Origin: an uncultured Clostridia bacterium
GTDB taxonomy: Bacteria > Bacillota > Clostridia > Christensenellales > UBA1242
DNA length: 44,436 nt
Reading direction: 5' to 3'
Assembly (NCBI GenBank): GCA_905235485.1
Contig: CAJOLY010000011.1
Location: 1 to 44,436, forward strand
The translations under genes and the position numbers were made by a program. Below the pieces are notes generated by a model that was not told the DNA's origin, did no database searches, and worked only from the letters and a program-made list of their open reading frames with translations. Of the stretch, positions 43,201 to 44,436 are shown piece by piece (position 1 is the stretch's first letter; every line of letters starts with the position of its first letter).

Positions 43201-44436
43201 TAATCCAGAATTAAAGTACCATCCTGCAAATGTGTAGCCCTCTCTTGAAATTTCAGTGTCATTTGGCAAATATATGTCTAAACTTTCAACTGTAAACTCT
43301 GTTGGTGGTGCGTATGGACTTACCCAATCTCCACCATTTTTGTTAAATATGATTGTGTATGTTTTTGCAGTTGCATTTGCTGTGATTGTTACTGCTTTTG
43401 CTGGCATTGTGAATGCGTTGTTTGTTATTGTAACATCACTTGTCGACCAAGTTGGATTTTCATATCCATCATCTGGATCAGGTGTTATTGTTACACTTGA
43501 GTTATACTCAACTGTGTATGTTATGTTGCTTCCAGAAACTTGTCTGTTTGATACACCTGTTCCTTCTGCTGTGATATCATACATTCCAGTTCCTTTCACA
43601 AGTGTGAGCGTGTATGATTGTATTGTCCATTGTGCTGTGAGTGTACCATCTCCTGCGCCAAAAGTATATTTTTTGGTGCTTGAATTCCACGTTCCTGAAT
43701 CTGTGAGATCCCAACCATCAAATCTATATCCTACTCTTGTTGGATCCTCAATTGATTTTTGTGTGTTGTAGTCTTGTGTGAATTCGCTATTATTTGTTGT
43801 TCCACCCCAACTTCCACCATTTGGATCGATTGTAAGTTTGTGTGAATCTATTGTCCAGTTTGCCCAAAGCTCTACATCTCCCGTTGAGCCTTTTGCAATT
43901 TGTGTGATTGCACTGCCTGTGAAATCTTCATTGTCATACCATCCACCAAATGTGTAGCCTGTTTTTGCTATTGGATAACTTGATAATGTTATTGTTGATG
44001 TTGTTACATTGTATGTTGCTGGAGCTGCACTGCTTGACCAGTCTCCACCATTTTTATTGTATGTTATACTGTATGTTATCAAACTTGCATTTGCTGTGAT
44101 TGAAACATCTTTGGCTGGCATTGAGAATGCGTTGTTTGTTATTGTAACATCACTTGTTGTCCATGCTGGGTTTTGATATCCAGCAGATGGTGTTGCTGTT
44201 ATTGTTACGCTTGAGTTATACTCAACTGTGTATGTTATGTTGTTTCCGTCAACTTGTCTATTTGATACGCCTGTTCCACTTGCTGTAATATCGCTTATTC
44301 CTGTGCCTTTCACAAGGGTAACTGTGTATGAATCTATTGTCCATTGTGCTTTTAATGTTACTGTTCCATATTTGCCTGTTAAACTTGTTCCTGATTCATA
44401 TATGGTTGATGAATCCCAACTTCCTACTGTGCTTGT
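40246..44436 (-). CDS. giant surface protein, 5'-partial (continues beyond the window), with Listeria-Bacteroides-type repeats
   Basis: The frame stays open upstream of the track's Met at 44313 and reads '...GTVTLKAQWTIDSYTVTLVKGTG', the same junction seen internally as 'TLTAQWTIQSYTLTLVKGTG'. Repeated 'GYTF.GW...W.A.W' units. Confidence 0.85.
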   Translation of the reverse strand, partial: TSTVGSWDSSTIYESGTSLTGKYGTVTLKAQWTIDSYTVTLVKGTGISDITASGTGVSNRQVDGNNITYTVEYNSSVTITATPSAGYQNPAWTTSDVTITNNAFSMPAKDVSITANASLITYSITYNKNGGDWSSSAAPATYNVTTSTITLSSYPIAKTGYTFGGWYDNEDFTGSAITQIAKGSTGDVELWANWTIDSHKLTIDPNGGSWGGTTNNSEFTQDYNTQKSIEDPTRVGYRFDGWDLTDSGTWNSSTKKYTFGAGDGTLTAQWTIQSYTLTLVKGTGMYDITAEGTGVSNRQVSGSNITYTVEYNSSVTITPDPDDGYENPTWSTSDVTITNNAFTMPAKAVTITANATAKTYTIIFNKNGGDWVSPYAPPTEFTVESLDIYLPNDTEISREGYTFAGWYFNSGLTGEQQTSIPTGSYGNKEYWAKWEADYYRIALTKNGGTFTISYNGTSSTAFTEIYGLYDSNKLYVDVSGTKYEITGITANYDGYTLTSFTGTGATIAVSPAKGASTLAYVLSDPYTSSGDGTLVATWAANYYKVSLNLNSGTSVTFTHSTDYTVSSNGTTNVWAKIGDTTLYYSTTTLNYVGDGSSPTAITKITGSRIGYTLANTTTIEQNAGITTITVASATLSNSYSKVGNPILTAGWQIDSHKLRVNYAGATVDTATSLTVSDGTTSKDIATTGTTYAEFTANYGSSVTITITKKTANLNYYINNANTPSEAIQNTYSTTWTVGTTDETWNMYVWQIYTIEYNGNGNTSGIVPSTIYKVHGTARAITANELTKTGYTPNGWVANSSTIKATPDYTISYTANANVTLYANWTANTYTITLNAGTGGSISSLSATGGLSVKTANSQLTGTYDSAGTFTATLTRTGYTFNGWADSAGNAISGLTNDTGLPKSTTTTSVSNLVSTANGSITLYAQWQINSYTITLTAGAGISKIVADGWTGTNTTITKTLDYGTVVNLSSVTKTYKNGYSGVEYTLTGAGSIIGNNFTVGADTSTIRFDATTLSAPTVSLTSSENLPLTYGTASTITASYSGTFDAGVSVYSYEWGDDASGSLSTYAHAATTNAGSYTYSCTITLHGDTNASGVALESSANNSLLVVVQQKTLTITAKPQTINYGDSIATGTSQVTVVGLTSFDELYSITLTPSALNIPSAVITPSAAVIVSKTDNSDVRTSNYDIHYETGTLTIYMGTITISSSYTGSESIAMGFVNITLSTRTWTFIMVHGQTYEISGLGFGTYSVQTFASINHTAKVNGSTSTSVTIDESHLSIGITVVVAKMTGASFGGGFYDSNASNTYVTSLASERIVEEVFEAKNDIQQVEIEKLDEQGKFDQYYFEEDIENQIDTVDTTNDQTVENENDSIIQVTKVEYNKKFEYIDFKNQYGYLKKS
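42885..44436 (-). repeat. intragenic duplication with ~714-bp period
   Basis: cctttcacaag sits at 43592 and 44306. The flanking ~240 nt are highly similar (43380-43620 vs 44095-44335). Peptides: 'KGTGISDITASGTGVSNRQVDGNNITYTVEYNSSVTIT' and 'KGTGMYDITAEGTGVSNRQVSGSNITYTVEYNSSVTIT'. Confidence 0.8.

Noticed and set aside
43256-43771. 171-aa plus-strand ORF, and similar track ORFs at 40669-40971, 41330-41554, 41567-41866 and 41946-42305, inside the second giant gene.
   Set aside because: They are antisense shadows of a long, repeat-rich minus-strand frame with clear domain repeats. They have low-complexity composition and no SD.

Overview
This is a visibly AT-rich window read with the standard genetic code: long ORFs need no in-frame TGA. 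Gene content and order look like a low-GC Bacillota or Mollicutes-related genome. Positions 1-12.6 kb are housekeeping genes, mostly on the minus strand: recR-ybaB-dnaX, sigH-rlmB-mrnC, uppP, gap, an M29 aminopeptidase, a GT2-like protein and fba. Positions 12.6-21.3 kb look like an accessory island. It starts with about 800 bp of non-coding DNA. An eight-gene plus-strand operon follows (13356-19418): HTH-WYL regulator, YhhQ-type base transporter, Dam-like methyltransferase fold with DFAW in place of DPPY, Gpt-like phosphoribosyltransferase, MoaA-like radical SAM enzyme, thymidylate-kinase-family kinase, DegT-family aminotransferase and Ham1/RdgB NTP pyrophosphatase. The island ends with a decayed IS3-family element and a type II tRNA-Leu whose anticodon reads AAG. 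I read the operon as a candidate undescribed pathway that imports a base and builds a modified, possibly amino-deoxy and N-methylated, purine nucleotide. Whether it acts in defence, as an antibiotic or in nucleic-acid modification cannot be decided from sequence. Positions 21.4-25 kb hold an asymmetric heterodimeric ABC exporter. After that come tRNA-Ser with a small scar-like islet, two frameshifted genes (NT5C-like, AlkD-like), an aquaporin, MscS, a rhodanese-TtcA fusion, a YjzC-like mini-gene and dut. tRNA-Gly(CCC) has duplicated 3'-end fragments nearby. Three large surface proteins are present, two of them giant and internally repetitive; the last runs off the window. No CRISPR array or rRNA was seen.
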